Positions 1 to 8,503 of a DNA stretch of 64,000 nucleotides are shown here, one piece after another. Location: the IMG/VR virus record IMGVR_UViG_3300042090_002485, positions 32,001-96,000 of that record; one strand, 5' to 3'. Made by a program: the position numbers and the translations under genes. The stretch comes from a virus. The notes under the pieces are model-generated. The model did no database searches and was not told where the DNA came from. It saw nothing but the letters and a program-made list of their open reading frames with translations. The stretch's first letter is position 1; the number at the start of each line of letters is the position of its first letter.

Positions 1-454
1 TGAAGTGCGTGCCGTCGGAGATCGTGATCGTATCGCCAGGCAGAACGAGCGTGTTGCCGGTCTGCCATTCGCCCGTGGCCGACGTGATGGTGTTCGGGGT
101 TGCGCCCGACGTGACGCCATCAGTACCGCTGGCGATCACCGCCTGCGCGTCGTCGAGAAAGATCTGGACGCTGGTGTCGTCGAGCACCGCTCCGACCGCG
201 TTGTTCGGCGGCTCGGCGACGGTGATGTAGTTCGGACCGGTCGGCAGCGCGGTCGCGGGGTTGCCGTTGAGCGTGCCGTACGCGGTCGTGATCTCGATCT
301 CCGCCTTGTCCGCGTAGGCAGTGGAACCTGGGACGAAGTAGTCCTGGATCCAGTACGCGGGACCTACGGCGAGGCAGTTCAGGTCGGGCGTCGTCGGCGT
401 GACGGTCTGGGTCGCGAAGTCCTGGTAAACAAGTACGACCGGTCGGATGGCCAT
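1..454 (-). CDS. Tail sheath protein, N-terminal part (runs off the left edge; not in the ORF track)
   Basis: Hand translation from ATG at 454 gives MAIRPVVLVYQDFATQTVTPTTPDLNCLAVGPAYWIQ..., open to the window edge. The P-x-V-x-V-x-Q-x-F ... VGPAY start is typical of sheath N-termini. It follows the neck and terminator genes and has a CCTATAATT motif upstream. Confidence 0.65.
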   Translation of the reverse strand, partial: MAIRPVVLVYQDFATQTVTPTTPDLNCLAVGPAYWIQDYFVPGSTAYADKAEIEITTAYGTLNGNPATALPTGPNYITVAEPPNNAVGAVLDDTSVQIFLDDAQAVIASGTDGVTSGATPNTITSATGEWQTGNTLVLPGDTITISDGTHF

Positions 455-486
455 GGGCTAGATCTCCGCGTCCAGAGGGATGCGAG

Positions 487-495
487 AATTATAGG
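487..495 (-). promoter_or_regulatory. Putative late -10-only promoter CCTATAATT (sheath)
   Basis: Same motif recurs upstream of at least 7 other minus-strand virion genes. Confidence 0.6.
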
Positions 496-525
496 TTCCG
501 CACCCTTCGATCACGACGGAGGGGA

Positions 526-1224
526 CTAGCGCTGCCAGTTGAGCGCGACGTCCTCGAAGTACTCGGTCGCCGAGTCGAAGCCGCTCTTGGCGACGCGCAG
601 CGCGATTTCGGCCAGCAGCGGGGCGGTCGGCTTGTTGGTCCACCGCAGCGGATATTGCACTGTGAACGTGACCGATGTGACCCACTGGTCCTTGTCGCGC
701 GTGGCCGGTTGTACACGCCCCACCGTTACCGGCGTCATGTCGTGGAAGCCGAACTTGGCCTGAACGAGGTCGCTCGAGGCGTGCAAGTAGACGCCAAGGA
801 TGTCACCGAGCGAAGCGCTTTCCGCGCGCTTGGCCGCCACGCATTCGATGAGGATCGGCACTGACTGCAGGTTCCAGAACCCTTCGAGGCCGGTCTTGAG
901 GTTTTGACCGACACGGTCACCGATCACGACGCGCCCCATCACCTGGTCATCGCAATCCAAGAAGATTGCCGGGCGGAAGTCGCGGTGGGTCTTGTCTTCG
1001 TTGAAGGCGCTCTCGATCGCGAGCTTCGTGCGCGTGATGTCTGGGCGCCACAGCCACTGGAACTCGCTGCCGACGACGGACTCGGCGAATCGCATGCGCG
1101 CGACCTCGACGAACACGCCGAGCACAGCGAGCTTGGACCCCGGGCGGATGCTGTTGGGCTGCCGCTCGACCGGCGACGGCAGCGGCTTGGGGTCGGGAAC
1201 GTACGTGGGGTTGTTGTCGGCCAT
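526..1224 (-). CDS. Putative tail terminator/tail completion protein (232 aa, start MADNNPTY)
   Basis: C-terminal part of the 514-aa track ORF. The ATG overlaps the stop of the upstream gene, and it lies between neck and sheath. Confidence 0.5.
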   Translation of the reverse strand: MADNNPTYVPDPKPLPSPVERQPNSIRPGSKLAVLGVFVEVARMRFAESVVGSEFQWLWRPDITRTKLAIESAFNEDKTHRDFRPAIFLDCDDQVMGRVVIGDRVGQNLKTGLEGFWNLQSVPILIECVAAKRAESASLGDILGVYLHASSDLVQAKFGFHDMTPVTVGRVQPATRDKDQWVTSVTFTVQYPLRWTNKPTAPLLAEIALRVAKSGFDSATEYFEDVALNWQR

Positions 1225-2063
1225 CAGTAGAGCGGAGGTACGGCGTTGGGGTCGACCGCGAGGGAGTATTCGACGGAGTTGCGCGCGAGGAGCGATGAGG
1301 TGACCTTCTGGTGGACAGTGACGCTCTTCAGCTCGGTCTGGTGGGTGCGCTGGACCTGATAGCGATCGTTCCTGACCAGGTCTACCACGATGTCCTTGTA
1401 CTCGATGAGGGGGTAGTCCAGCACGTTGATGTCGTTCAGCTTGCGGTCGCTGTCGCCACTCGACGTCATGTTGGTCTCGATGGCGGCGGCTTCGCGACGC
1501 CCGCGGATGAAGACTGGCGCCCAGTAGCCGCCCAGGAACGCCGTACCGAAACATGCGGGGCAGTGCTCGAGCGTGGCTTGCTTGGTCACCGGGTCGTAGC
1601 ATTTCGGGCAGCGGTCGCCCCAGCGCCGGCGCTTGAGCACGGCGAGCGGGATGCCGTTCAGGTTCTTGTAGCCCACGGCCTCGTCGTGGAGGATCTTGCG
1701 CTTGAGCAGGCGCGTGCGCGTGTCGAGACCAGGCTCGACCGGTGTTGGCTCGCTCTTGAACGTGTTTGCGAACCCTGACGGTGGAACCACAGTGAGCTGG
1801 TAGTAGATCGCGCGGGAGAGCGCGAACAGGTTGACCGGCTCGCGCCCAGCGTGCGTCGCGGGCGGCGGTTCGTTGAACCTGTTGTCGAGGAACTGGTAGG
1901 CATCGCGCAACCCCGTCGCGATCACTTCCCACGGGCCCAGCGGCGACTCGGAGCGCGCGACGTCGACGAAGAAGTCGCCGCTCTCCTCGGACTTGACGTC
2001 CCACTGCACGAATACCGCGGTTGGGTACAACGCCGTCGTGCGCGTGATGCGGGCTTCGGGCAC
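1224..2063 (-). CDS. Putative neck/head-closure protein with CxxC...CxxC zinc site
   Basis: Normal globular composition with RCPKC...HCPACFGT. Position between adaptor and tail terminator. Confidence 0.55.
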   Translation of the reverse strand: MPEARITRTTALYPTAVFVQWDVKSEESGDFFVDVARSESPLGPWEVIATGLRDAYQFLDNRFNEPPPATHAGREPVNLFALSRAIYYQLTVVPPSGFANTFKSEPTPVEPGLDTRTRLLKRKILHDEAVGYKNLNGIPLAVLKRRRWGDRCPKCYDPVTKQATLEHCPACFGTAFLGGYWAPVFIRGRREAAAIETNMTSSGDSDRKLNDINVLDYPLIEYKDIVVDLVRNDRYQVQRTHQTELKSVTVHQKVTSSLLARNSVEYSLAVDPNAVPPLY

Positions 2064-2066
2064 GGC

Positions 2067-2939
2067 TCACCCGAGCGCGGGCGGGCCGCCGCTAGGCTGA
2101 CCCTTGCTCGCGTCCTCGATGTTCGTGCTGTCGACGGCGCCGTCGATCTGGTCGAACGCGCGACGGATGCGCTGTGGACCTTCGTCGCCAAAGCCGACGG
2201 GTGGCGATTTGACGGTCAGGCGCTCCTCGTAGGGGTTCGGCGTTCCGCCGGGTCCGCGTTGTTCCCAGGATGAGTGGCCGTCGGTGCCCCACATCTGCCA
2301 GTCGCCGAGCTTGGAGATGGCGAACATCTTCTCGAGGAGTGCCGCGCGGCGCGCGCGTAGCTTCGCGATGTTCAGGATCTCCGCGACTTTGTTGAGGCCG
2401 CCCGTCATCTGCCCGGGCTCGTCCGCGCTGTTGCGGATGCCCTCGTGGCGGAACAGGTCTGCGAATAGCGATGCCGCCTGTTCGTCGGCGGGCCGCCCAT
2501 CGCGCGCTCGCGCGAGCGAGCTGTCGGCAGTCGTCGCCGCGTGGTAGTGCGGGCTCGTTGACGGGTTGTCACCCTGGCTGGGGTCGCTGCCGAGCAGGCC
2601 CGCGTTGAAGTCGGCCGCCTTCTCCGGGATCCTCTTCGGCGCGTCGCACGAGCCGTAGTGCTTCGCGCGCCGGCACGTCGTGCACAGCTCGGCCGACAGC
2701 TTGCGCTTGGGCTCCGTGCGCGTCGAGCCCTGCTGGTGCGCGTCGAAGATCTGCGACAGCGATTGCGGCGTGGTCGGCGGCGCGAGGTTCGCTTGCGCGG
2801 TCTGCGGGATCTCGGTCGGGCTGCTCTTGGCGCGCAGCACGGCACTGCCGGCGACCGTCGGGTCGGACGGCGCGGCCCAGCCGAGCTTGTGCAGGGCTGC
2901 GAGTTGCCCGTCCGCGAACGCGATCTCGAGGCTGCTCAC
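2067..2939 (-). CDS. Virion (inner head) protein with leader motif and K-x-A repeats
   Basis: Starts MSSLEIAFADGQLAALHKLG and contains KLSA, KAAD, KVAE and KLG. In operon with 4-nt overlaps. Confidence 0.6.
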   Translation of the reverse strand: MSSLEIAFADGQLAALHKLGWAAPSDPTVAGSAVLRAKSSPTEIPQTAQANLAPPTTPQSLSQIFDAHQQGSTRTEPKRKLSAELCTTCRRAKHYGSCDAPKRIPEKAADFNAGLLGSDPSQGDNPSTSPHYHAATTADSSLARARDGRPADEQAASLFADLFRHEGIRNSADEPGQMTGGLNKVAEILNIAKLRARRAALLEKMFAISKLGDWQMWGTDGHSSWEQRGPGGTPNPYEERLTVKSPPVGFGDEGPQRIRRAFDQIDGAVDSTNIEDASKGQPSGGPPALG

Positions 2940-3322
2940 GGGGACACCACAGCGCCAGGCAGCGGCATCGACGAGGTTGCGTAGTCGTCGTCGTTGCGCT
3001 GCAGCGCACGGTCGATGACGCTGCGTTGGCGACGACCCTCATCTGCGGGTTCGCCGGCCTGGCCGCCGGCGCCGTCGGTCGACGTCGACGCACCCATGCC
3101 GACGTTGGCCGCGAGCTTCGCCGCGCCCGTTCCGATCTCGCCGGGCGACGCGCCGGGGGACACGGGGGACGGCGGCGCGGGCGGCGCGGGCGCGGCCGGC
3201 AGTCCGGGCGCCTTCACCGGCGACTTGATTTTCACTGAGCCGAGCGACGGCTGCGACGGCACGCTGAACGCAGCGAGCGCGACGCGCCCGCCCCGCTCGA
3301 ACATGTCGCGCAGCGCCGCCAT
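2936..3322 (-). CDS. Small Pro/Gly-rich virion protein with leader motif (128 aa)
   Basis: Start reassigned to MAALRDMFERGGRVALAAF; contains KLAA. Confidence 0.55.
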   Translation of the reverse strand: MAALRDMFERGGRVALAAFSVPSQPSLGSVKIKSPVKAPGLPAAPAPPAPPSPVSPGASPGEIGTGAAKLAANVGMGASTSTDGAGGQAGEPADEGRRQRSVIDRALQRNDDDYATSSMPLPGAVVSP

Positions 3323-3339
3323 GGTCGGGCCTCGCGCGA

Positions 3340-3534
3340 CTACGCGGTGCGGAACAGGGACTCGAGCACGCTTGCGGGGATGTTCCCCGGCGTGGCCGCC
3401 GCGGTCTTGGGCTTCTCGACGAGGCCGAGGTCCTGGGCCTCCTTCACGAGGTCGTCGATGTTCTTGTAACCAGCCTGCTCGAGGGCCTGCTGGGCGCCCC
3501 ACTCGCGGGCCGTCTTGAGGTGATTGCTGGACAT
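3340..3534 (-). CDS. Small virion protein with leader motif (64 aa)
   Basis: MSSNHLKTAREWGAQQALEQAGY...KEA...KTAA. The ATG lies 6 nt after a TATAAT. Confidence 0.6.
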   Translation of the reverse strand: MSSNHLKTAREWGAQQALEQAGYKNIDDLVKEAQDLGLVEKPKTAAATPGNIPASVLESLFRTA

Positions 3535-3539
3535 GCGGC

Positions 3540-3547
3540 AATTATAG
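3540..3547 (-). promoter_or_regulatory. Putative late promoter CTATAATT, leaderless spacing
   Basis: TATAAT, 6 nt, then ATG at 3534. Confidence 0.6.
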
Positions 3548-3551
3548 CCGG

Positions 3552-3839
3552 TCAGCCAATGACTTCCTGGCCCCATGTGCCGTCCGCGCGCCCAGGCGCG
3601 GCCCGATCGTACGTTGTGAAGTTGTCCCACAGCCAGTCTGGCATGTCAGCGCGCCACGCGCTCGCCGCGTCAGGCGGCGCGCCGTCGTCCGGCGTGTCGC
3701 GCTTGGCGTACTGGATGCGCTCGGTGCCGTGGCTCTGTTCGGGGCCGGGCGGCATGACGCCGACGTCCGCGCCCATCGGGCCCGCGAATTTGGCGAGTGC
3801 GGCGCGCGCGCCGGCGGTGAAGGTCTCGCGCAGCGTCAC
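3552..3839 (-). CDS. Small virion protein with leader motif (95 aa)
   Basis: GTG start overlaps the adaptor stop; MTLRETFTAGARAALAKFAG. Confidence 0.6.
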   Translation of the reverse strand: MTLRETFTAGARAALAKFAGPMGADVGVMPPGPEQSHGTERIQYAKRDTPDDGAPPDAASAWRADMPDWLWDNFTTYDRAAPGRADGTWGQEVIG

Positions 3840-4315
3840 GACTTGTTGAACCGCGAGACGTTGCGGTAGCCGGAGCTGAGCGTGTTGTACGCGCTCTCCA
3901 TGTTGTTCTGCGTCTTCACGCCACGCGTCAGCTCATCCCATTCGCTCTTGAGCGTCTGCGAGAGCTGCGAGTACAGCGCGGCCTTGTCGGAGATGCCGAT
4001 CGGCGCGATGTCGCCGTCCTGGACAGTTGCCTGGTTGCGCGCCTGCATGAACGAGTTGGACGTCAGCAGGAAGCGCGTCGTCCCGATCAGGAGCAGGTAC
4101 ATGAGCCCTTGCGGGAACGACTGCGGTGTGAAGTTGGTCTGCGGAGTGACCGTGTTGAAGGCGGACACCGCCATCTCGATGGCCAGGTTCAGTTCCTTGT
4201 CGGTGAACTCGACGGTGTCCAGCAGGATGTTGTTCGGCGCGTAGTCGCGCATGAACATCCTCACCTGGTCCTTGGTGACGACGGATGGGGTTGTTGGTGT
4301 CCCGACGACGGGCAT
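3836..4315 (-). CDS. Putative head-tail adaptor protein
   Basis: About 160 aa, helical, VRMFMRD...ELNLAIEMAVSAFN...LLLIGT pattern. Located shortly downstream of the major capsid gene. Confidence 0.6.
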   Translation of the reverse strand: MPVVGTPTTPSVVTKDQVRMFMRDYAPNNILLDTVEFTDKELNLAIEMAVSAFNTVTPQTNFTPQSFPQGLMYLLLIGTTRFLLTSNSFMQARNQATVQDGDIAPIGISDKAALYSQLSQTLKSEWDELTRGVKTQNNMESAYNTLSSGYRNVSRFNKS

Positions 4316-4779
4316 CAGCGCACGAACTGCCGCTCGAGGCTGGCGACGACCTGGGCAATCTGCGCCGCGCCGCTCGCCGTCGTGATGATCTGGATGCCCT
4401 GGAATGGCAGCAAGACGGTCTTGAACCGCGCCTCGTCGAGCGCGATGAACGCGACGGACGTCGCGGCCTCGATGGTCATCTCCTCACCAGCGAGGATGGC
4501 CGGCGAGGCCGTGTTGACGGTTGCGGGGTCGAGGTTGACGAGCTTGATGGTGATGTCAGCCGAGCCGCCCAGGTCGACGTGGATCTGGCTGCAGACCAGT
4601 GGCTCGACCGTGTTCCAGTAGAACAGACCGCCGGCGGTCTGCGGCGTGTACTTGTAGATCGTGTAGTCCGCGCCGATCGGCGAGTCACCGGTGGGGAACG
4701 TGCCGTCAAAGAAGGCGCTCGACGTGATCCGCTGCTGGATCGCGGTGGCGGTCGCCATGGGGATGCGCGGCGTCGTCAT
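4315..4779 (-). CDS. Virion structural protein, unknown function
   Basis: Thr/Ala-rich beta-type 154-aa ORF in the capsid operon, with a TACAAT motif upstream. Confidence 0.5.
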   Translation of the reverse strand: MTTPRIPMATATAIQQRITSSAFFDGTFPTGDSPIGADYTIYKYTPQTAGGLFYWNTVEPLVCSQIHVDLGGSADITIKLVNLDPATVNTASPAILAGEEMTIEAATSVAFIALDEARFKTVLLPFQGIQIITTASGAAQIAQVVASLERQFVR

Positions 4780-4785
4780 GCACCC

Positions 4786-4794
4786 CTATTGTAG
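4786..4794 (-). promoter_or_regulatory. Putative late promoter CTACAATAG
   Basis: TACAAT, 8 nt, then ATG at 4779. Confidence 0.45.
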
Positions 4795-4805
4795 TCGTCG
4801 ACGAG

Positions 4806-5291
4806 CTACTGCCGGGTTCGGCGGCGCTGCGGCGCGTCTGGCGACTTGGACGTGTCAGGCACGGCTTCGGTCGAGCCAGGGGCGCCGGTGGCCTGCTCGG
4901 CGGCCGCTGCCATCACGGCGGCGACATCCTCTTCGGCGATGACGTTGGCTGGCGGCGTGTGCGGCATGCTCTCGTCGGTCGCGAGGACCGGTTGCGCGTC
5001 GGCGGGTGGCACGGTTTCGAGGTGCGCGGGTGCTAGCGGAGCGGGCGGTGCCAGTGGGGCAGGAGGCGCAGGCGGCACAGCGATCGGCACCGCGCCGACC
5101 GGGCGAACGTCGACCCAGCCCATTTTCTTGACGCGCTCGACGATCTCGTCGGCCGCGGTGAACGAATCGATCTCTTTGGTGCCGCCGATGTGCCCGCGCT
5201 GGAACAGCACGAGCGTCTGACCGGTGATGTCGCGCAGCGGCGCGAGGTCGACCCGGCTGATGGTCTTGTTGACGATGACGAAATTGGTCAT
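4806..5291 (-). CDS. Hypothetical protein downstream of the capsid gene (161 aa, Pro/Ala-rich tail)
   Basis: Start reassigned to MTNFVIVNKT, with a GGAG SD upstream. Confidence 0.55.
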   Translation of the reverse strand: MTNFVIVNKTISRVDLAPLRDITGQTLVLFQRGHIGGTKEIDSFTAADEIVERVKKMGWVDVRPVGAVPIAVPPAPPAPLAPPAPLAPAHLETVPPADAQPVLATDESMPHTPPANVIAEEDVAAVMAAAAEQATGAPGSTEAVPDTSKSPDAPQRRRTRQ

Positions 5292-5310
5292 GGGGTTCTC
5301 CAAAATCGAA

Positions 5311-5354
5311 GGGCCCTCTTCCGCAGGTCCCCGGCACGGGGTGGAAGAGGGCCC
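5311..5354 (-). terminator. Stem-loop after the major capsid gene (terminator or mRNA stabiliser)
   Basis: Perfect 12-bp inverted repeat GGGCCCTCTTCC (5311-5322) / GGAAGAGGGCCC (5343-5354), with an inner CCCC/GGGG stem. Followed on the minus strand by TTCGATTTT. Confidence 0.6.
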
Positions 5355-5391
5355 AGGTCGAACAGTAGCGCGCCGCGGGGCGCAACGGGGA

Positions 5392-6330
5392 TCAGGCGAA
5401 CGGGAAGTCGACGCGCTGCATCGCGAGCGTGTTGCCGATGCCGATACCCGGAGCCGCGTAGCTCCAGAACTCGATGATGTCGGCCTCCTGCTTGATGTAC
5501 AGGGTCGCGTCCTGCAGCAGGAAGAACACGCCGAGGTAGTTCTGCGGCGCGAAGATGTACGCTGAGCGGCGGGTCTCCCCGACCGTGTCATCGACGATGT
5601 CGCGCTTGATCGTCGAGACGACCGGGATGCCCCACAGCTTCTCCTCGGCCTCGATGCCGAGGTCGTAGTGCCGCGACGCCACGTCGTTACCGACGCTGGT
5701 CGCCGGCAGGTCGAGGGCCTCGTAGTACGTCGACTTCGACAGCAGGATCTTGCCGATGGGCTGCTTGCGGTTGACGAGGGCTTGGAAGCCCTGCTTGAAC
5801 CCGCTCGAGTTGAACGCGCCCGCGAGCGTCCGCTGCGTCGACAGCGCCAGCGCGATGATCGCGTTGTTGGTCGCCGTGAACTTGGTGTCCTCCTGGTCGG
5901 CCATGTCCTTGACCGAGTTGTCCGAGAGGATCTTGCGGATGTCGTTCTGGTACGTCATCAGCTCGAACTTGTTCTTGGTGAAGCGCTGGCTCTCGGTCTT
6001 GCCGAAGTAGACCGCGAAGCGCTGACCACGGAACCAGGTCCGCTGCGCCGAGCCGTTGAACGGCACGAAGGTCGCGACGGAGTTGGGCTCCTTCTCGACG
6101 ATCTTCTTCGGCTGGTCCGTGTTCTCGTCACGGTCGATCTCGTCGTCGGCCAGCATGACCGGCTCGATGATCTCGCGTGCGAACGACTCCTGGCGGAGCT
6201 TCTGGCGAATGAAGGCGGTGCCCTCGGCTTCAGCTTCCTTCGTCCGTCCGTCCGTCACCTTGCGGACGAAGTTCGAGTTGATGAACTGGGCCGAGACCTG
6301 TGGCGTCTGGGTCTTGTATGCGGCGGTCAT
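5392..6330 (-). CDS. Major capsid protein (HK97-like fold)
   Basis: 312 aa with strongly biased codons and an AAGGAG SD. FIRQKLRQESFAREII...DMADQEDTKF...GKILL...WGIPVVSTIK pattern. Follows protease, scaffold and decoration genes. Confidence 0.8.
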   Translation of the reverse strand: MTAAYKTQTPQVSAQFINSNFVRKVTDGRTKEAEAEGTAFIRQKLRQESFAREIIEPVMLADDEIDRDENTDQPKKIVEKEPNSVATFVPFNGSAQRTWFRGQRFAVYFGKTESQRFTKNKFELMTYQNDIRKILSDNSVKDMADQEDTKFTATNNAIIALALSTQRTLAGAFNSSGFKQGFQALVNRKQPIGKILLSKSTYYEALDLPATSVGNDVASRHYDLGIEAEEKLWGIPVVSTIKRDIVDDTVGETRRSAYIFAPQNYLGVFFLLQDATLYIKQEADIIEFWSYAAPGIGIGNTLAMQRVDFPFA

Positions 6331-6360
6331 GGTGCTGCTTCTCCTTCGAGGTCTCGGGGG

Positions 6361-6825
6361 TTAGAACGACGCCGTGTCGCCGCCCGTGTAGAACACGACG
6401 AGCGTCCCGTCGGTGGCGATGTTGTTCTGCAACACCTCCCCGATGATCTGGTTGTTGGTGGTGGCCGGCTGCCAGACGCCGGCACTGAACGTCAGCTTCT
6501 CGCCGACGGTGTAGGTCGTCGCCTCGAAGTTCGAGGGGTCGAGCTTGAACTCCGCGTTCATGCGCAGGCAGGTCACGCTGCCGACGAACGTCGCATCGAA
6601 GTCCGTGCTGTCGGTGACAACCACCCAGGTGGCCACGCTGTTGGCCGCCGAGCGGTTGGGAGTGGTTGCGAGCGCGACCGAACCGTCCGTTTGGACGGAA
6701 ACGACCGACCCAGCCGGCAGCGTGTCGGGCACGCCGGGCGTGGTCTGGTGGATCGGGAAGGTCTCGTCGATGGCACCTTCCTTGGGCCAACCGCGCAGGA
6801 CGTCGAACAGGCTTGCGAGCTTCAT
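6361..6825 (-). CDS. Putative head decoration/cement protein
   Basis: 154-aa beta-rich protein immediately upstream of the capsid gene, with a GAGGA SD. Confidence 0.55.
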   Translation of the reverse strand: MKLASLFDVLRGWPKEGAIDETFPIHQTTPGVPDTLPAGSVVSVQTDGSVALATTPNRSAANSVATWVVVTDSTDFDATFVGSVTCLRMNAEFKLDPSNFEATTYTVGEKLTFSAGVWQPATTNNQIIGEVLQNNIATDGTLVVFYTGGDTASF

Positions 6826-6849
6826 CTGAGTTTTCCTCTTTGGAGAGCG

Positions 6850-7212
6850 CTACGAACTGATGATCCAGGCGCCGAACGCGTCGTAAGCAGCATCGGCCGC
6901 TTCCTTTACGTTCTTGGGTTTGGTGGTCTCGTCCGAATCACGGTCCGTACCCGCGCCGAGCGGCGTGACCACGCCGCCCTGCTTGGCCAGCAAGTCCTCG
7001 ACGACGCCAAGCGACGCGTCGTCGGTCGCGGCGAGCTTCTGGCGGACGTCGTCCGTCATCTCCTCGCCGTGTGCCACGAGGTGAGCCGCCGCGATCTTCT
7101 GAACGCGCGCGTCGCGCGTCGCCTTGATCGCCGAGGTCTTCTCGCGCTCGGTCTGGTCGTAGTAATCCGCGAACGCGTCGACCAGTGCTGCGACCTTGAG
7201 GAGGTTAGCCAC
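6850..7212 (-). CDS. Scaffold-like K-x-A protein (120 aa, GTG start VANLLKVAA)
   Basis: Helical; KVAA, EKTSA, KIAA, KLAA and KEAA. Confidence 0.55.
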   Translation of the reverse strand: MANLLKVAALVDAFADYYDQTEREKTSAIKATRDARVQKIAAAHLVAHGEEMTDDVRQKLAATDDASLGVVEDLLAKQGGVVTPLGAGTDRDSDETTKPKNVKEAADAAYDAFGAWIISS

Positions 7213-7360
7213 GGGCCACCCCCAGCTTGCGGGCGAGCATGCCCAGACCTGCTGCCGCGACGAGTACACCAGCGGCCTTGGCGCGGCGCACATCCTCGCG
7301 ACGGACGTGTTCGGCACGCAGGTCCTGGGCAAGGGCGCGAAGCATCTCGGACTCCTTCAT
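7205..7360 (-). CDS. Small protein of 51 aa missing from the ORF track
   Basis: MKESEMLRALAQDLRAEHVRREDVRRAKAAGVLVAAAGLGMLARKLGVARG. ATGA overlap with the upstream stop; fills the operon gap exactly. Confidence 0.6.
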   Translation of the reverse strand: MKESEMLRALAQDLRAEHVRREDVRRAKAAGVLVAAAGLGMLARKLGVARG

Positions 7361-7569
7361 CGGGACCCCGGCAGGTCGGCGTAGCCGACGTCGATGGAGT
7401 CGTCACGGAGGTTGGCGGCGAGCGCGCGGAGGCCGCGCGCGACCTCGGTGCGGGGCTGGACCTCGGCTGTCTTGACGGCTTGGACCTCGTCCGCGCGCCG
7501 GCGCGCCGACGTTGCCGCGTCGGCGAGGACCTCATCAACGACGAGCGAGAGGTGACGGGTTGCGCTCAC
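7357..7569 (-). CDS. Small K-x-A protein (70 aa)
   Basis: Coupled overlaps on both sides; VKTAE. Confidence 0.55.
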   Translation of the reverse strand: MSATRHLSLVVDEVLADAATSARRRADEVQAVKTAEVQPRTEVARGLRALAANLRDDSIDVGYADLPGSR

Positions 7570-7841
7570 TGGGCGCCCCTGTGCTGGAGGGCGTGGAGCG
7601 CGTCGACGATCTGCGGGCCAGCAAGGCCAGTCGCAACGCCTGCACCGAATCCGACGTTGCCCGCGCGCTGACGGGCCTCCTCATCCCGCGAATGGGTGAG
7701 GCCGCTCGCGAGTGCACCACCCGCGAGCACGCCTGCGCCGCCGGCGAGCAGCGCGGGAACGAGCGCCGGGTAAGCGGCGACCTTCTCACGTGCTGCGCGC
7801 TCGAGGCGAGCGAGGACGTCGGTGTTCACGGCGGCCGACAT
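7566..7841 (-). CDS. Small glycine-zipper protein (91 aa)
   Basis: EKVAA followed by LLAGGAGVLAGGALA and GFGAGVATGLAG. Confidence 0.55.
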   Translation of the reverse strand: MSAAVNTDVLARLERAAREKVAAYPALVPALLAGGAGVLAGGALASGLTHSRDEEARQRAGNVGFGAGVATGLAGPQIVDALHALQHRGAQ

Positions 7842-7847
7842 GGCGAG

Positions 7848-8441
7848 TTAGCGCTGCGCCTCCGCGACGAGGTCGTTGGCGACCTTGAAGCCGGCGACGA
7901 ATGCCTCGCAGCCGAGCTTGTGGATCTGGGTGACCTGCGCGTTCCAGCCCGCGTCGAACGCGCGCTGGTGGAGGTCACGGATTGTGTCCGCTGCGGCGCG
8001 GTAGCCCTGCTGCGCGGCTTCCTTGACGAGGTCGGCGTTCGCCGCGGCGAACTTCTCGAACGTGTCGTCGGTTTGGCCGACCGACGCGGTCTTGACCTCG
8101 ACCGGCGGCAGCTGATCGGCGGCCTGCTTGTACTGCGCGGCGCGGGCCATGAAGCCGTCGCACACCGCGGCGCCGTAGGACTGCGCCTCCTTCATCAACG
8201 CCTCGTGCTCGGCCTTGCTCAGGTCGGCGGCGAGCTTGGTGAGGTCGTCGACCGGCGAGCCTGCGCCCGCGGTCTTGGTCGCCTCGGGCGCCGTCGCCTC
8301 TTTGAGGGCCTGCTTGAGACGCTCGCCGGCATCACCGGACGGAGCCGATGCAGCGGGGGCGGGCGCCGGAGACGGCGCGGGGGCGGACGCGGTCTTCACC
8401 GCGCCGTCCGTTACTGCCGAGAGTGCATGCGAGAGCTTCAT
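7848..8441 (-). CDS. Putative scaffolding/inner-core protein
   Basis: 197 aa helical with many K-x-A motifs (KTAS, KTAG, KLAA, KEA, KQAA, KTAS, KFAA, KEAA, KVAN). Lies between protease and capsid. Confidence 0.55.
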   Translation of the reverse strand: MKLSHALSAVTDGAVKTASAPAPSPAPAPAASAPSGDAGERLKQALKEATAPEATKTAGAGSPVDDLTKLAADLSKAEHEALMKEAQSYGAAVCDGFMARAAQYKQAADQLPPVEVKTASVGQTDDTFEKFAAANADLVKEAAQQGYRAAADTIRDLHQRAFDAGWNAQVTQIHKLGCEAFVAGFKVANDLVAEAQR

Positions 8442-8465
8442 GGGTGGCCGTCTCCGTTACGAGGG

Positions 8466-8475
8466 AAATGATAGG
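8466..8475 (-). promoter_or_regulatory. Putative late promoter CCTATCATTT (scaffold-capsid unit)
   Basis: Intergenic, 26 nt before the ATG at 8441. Confidence 0.6.
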
Positions 8476-8503
8476 AAAGCGGGTCCTCAAAAACAAAACG
8501 CCG

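Noticed and set aside
526-2070. 514-aa ORF starting at a GTG that overlaps the upstream stop, in frame with the tail terminator
   Set aside because: The N-terminal ~280 aa are an Arg/Ala/Pro-rich shadow of the 279-aa neck gene. Only 526-1224 looks like real protein.
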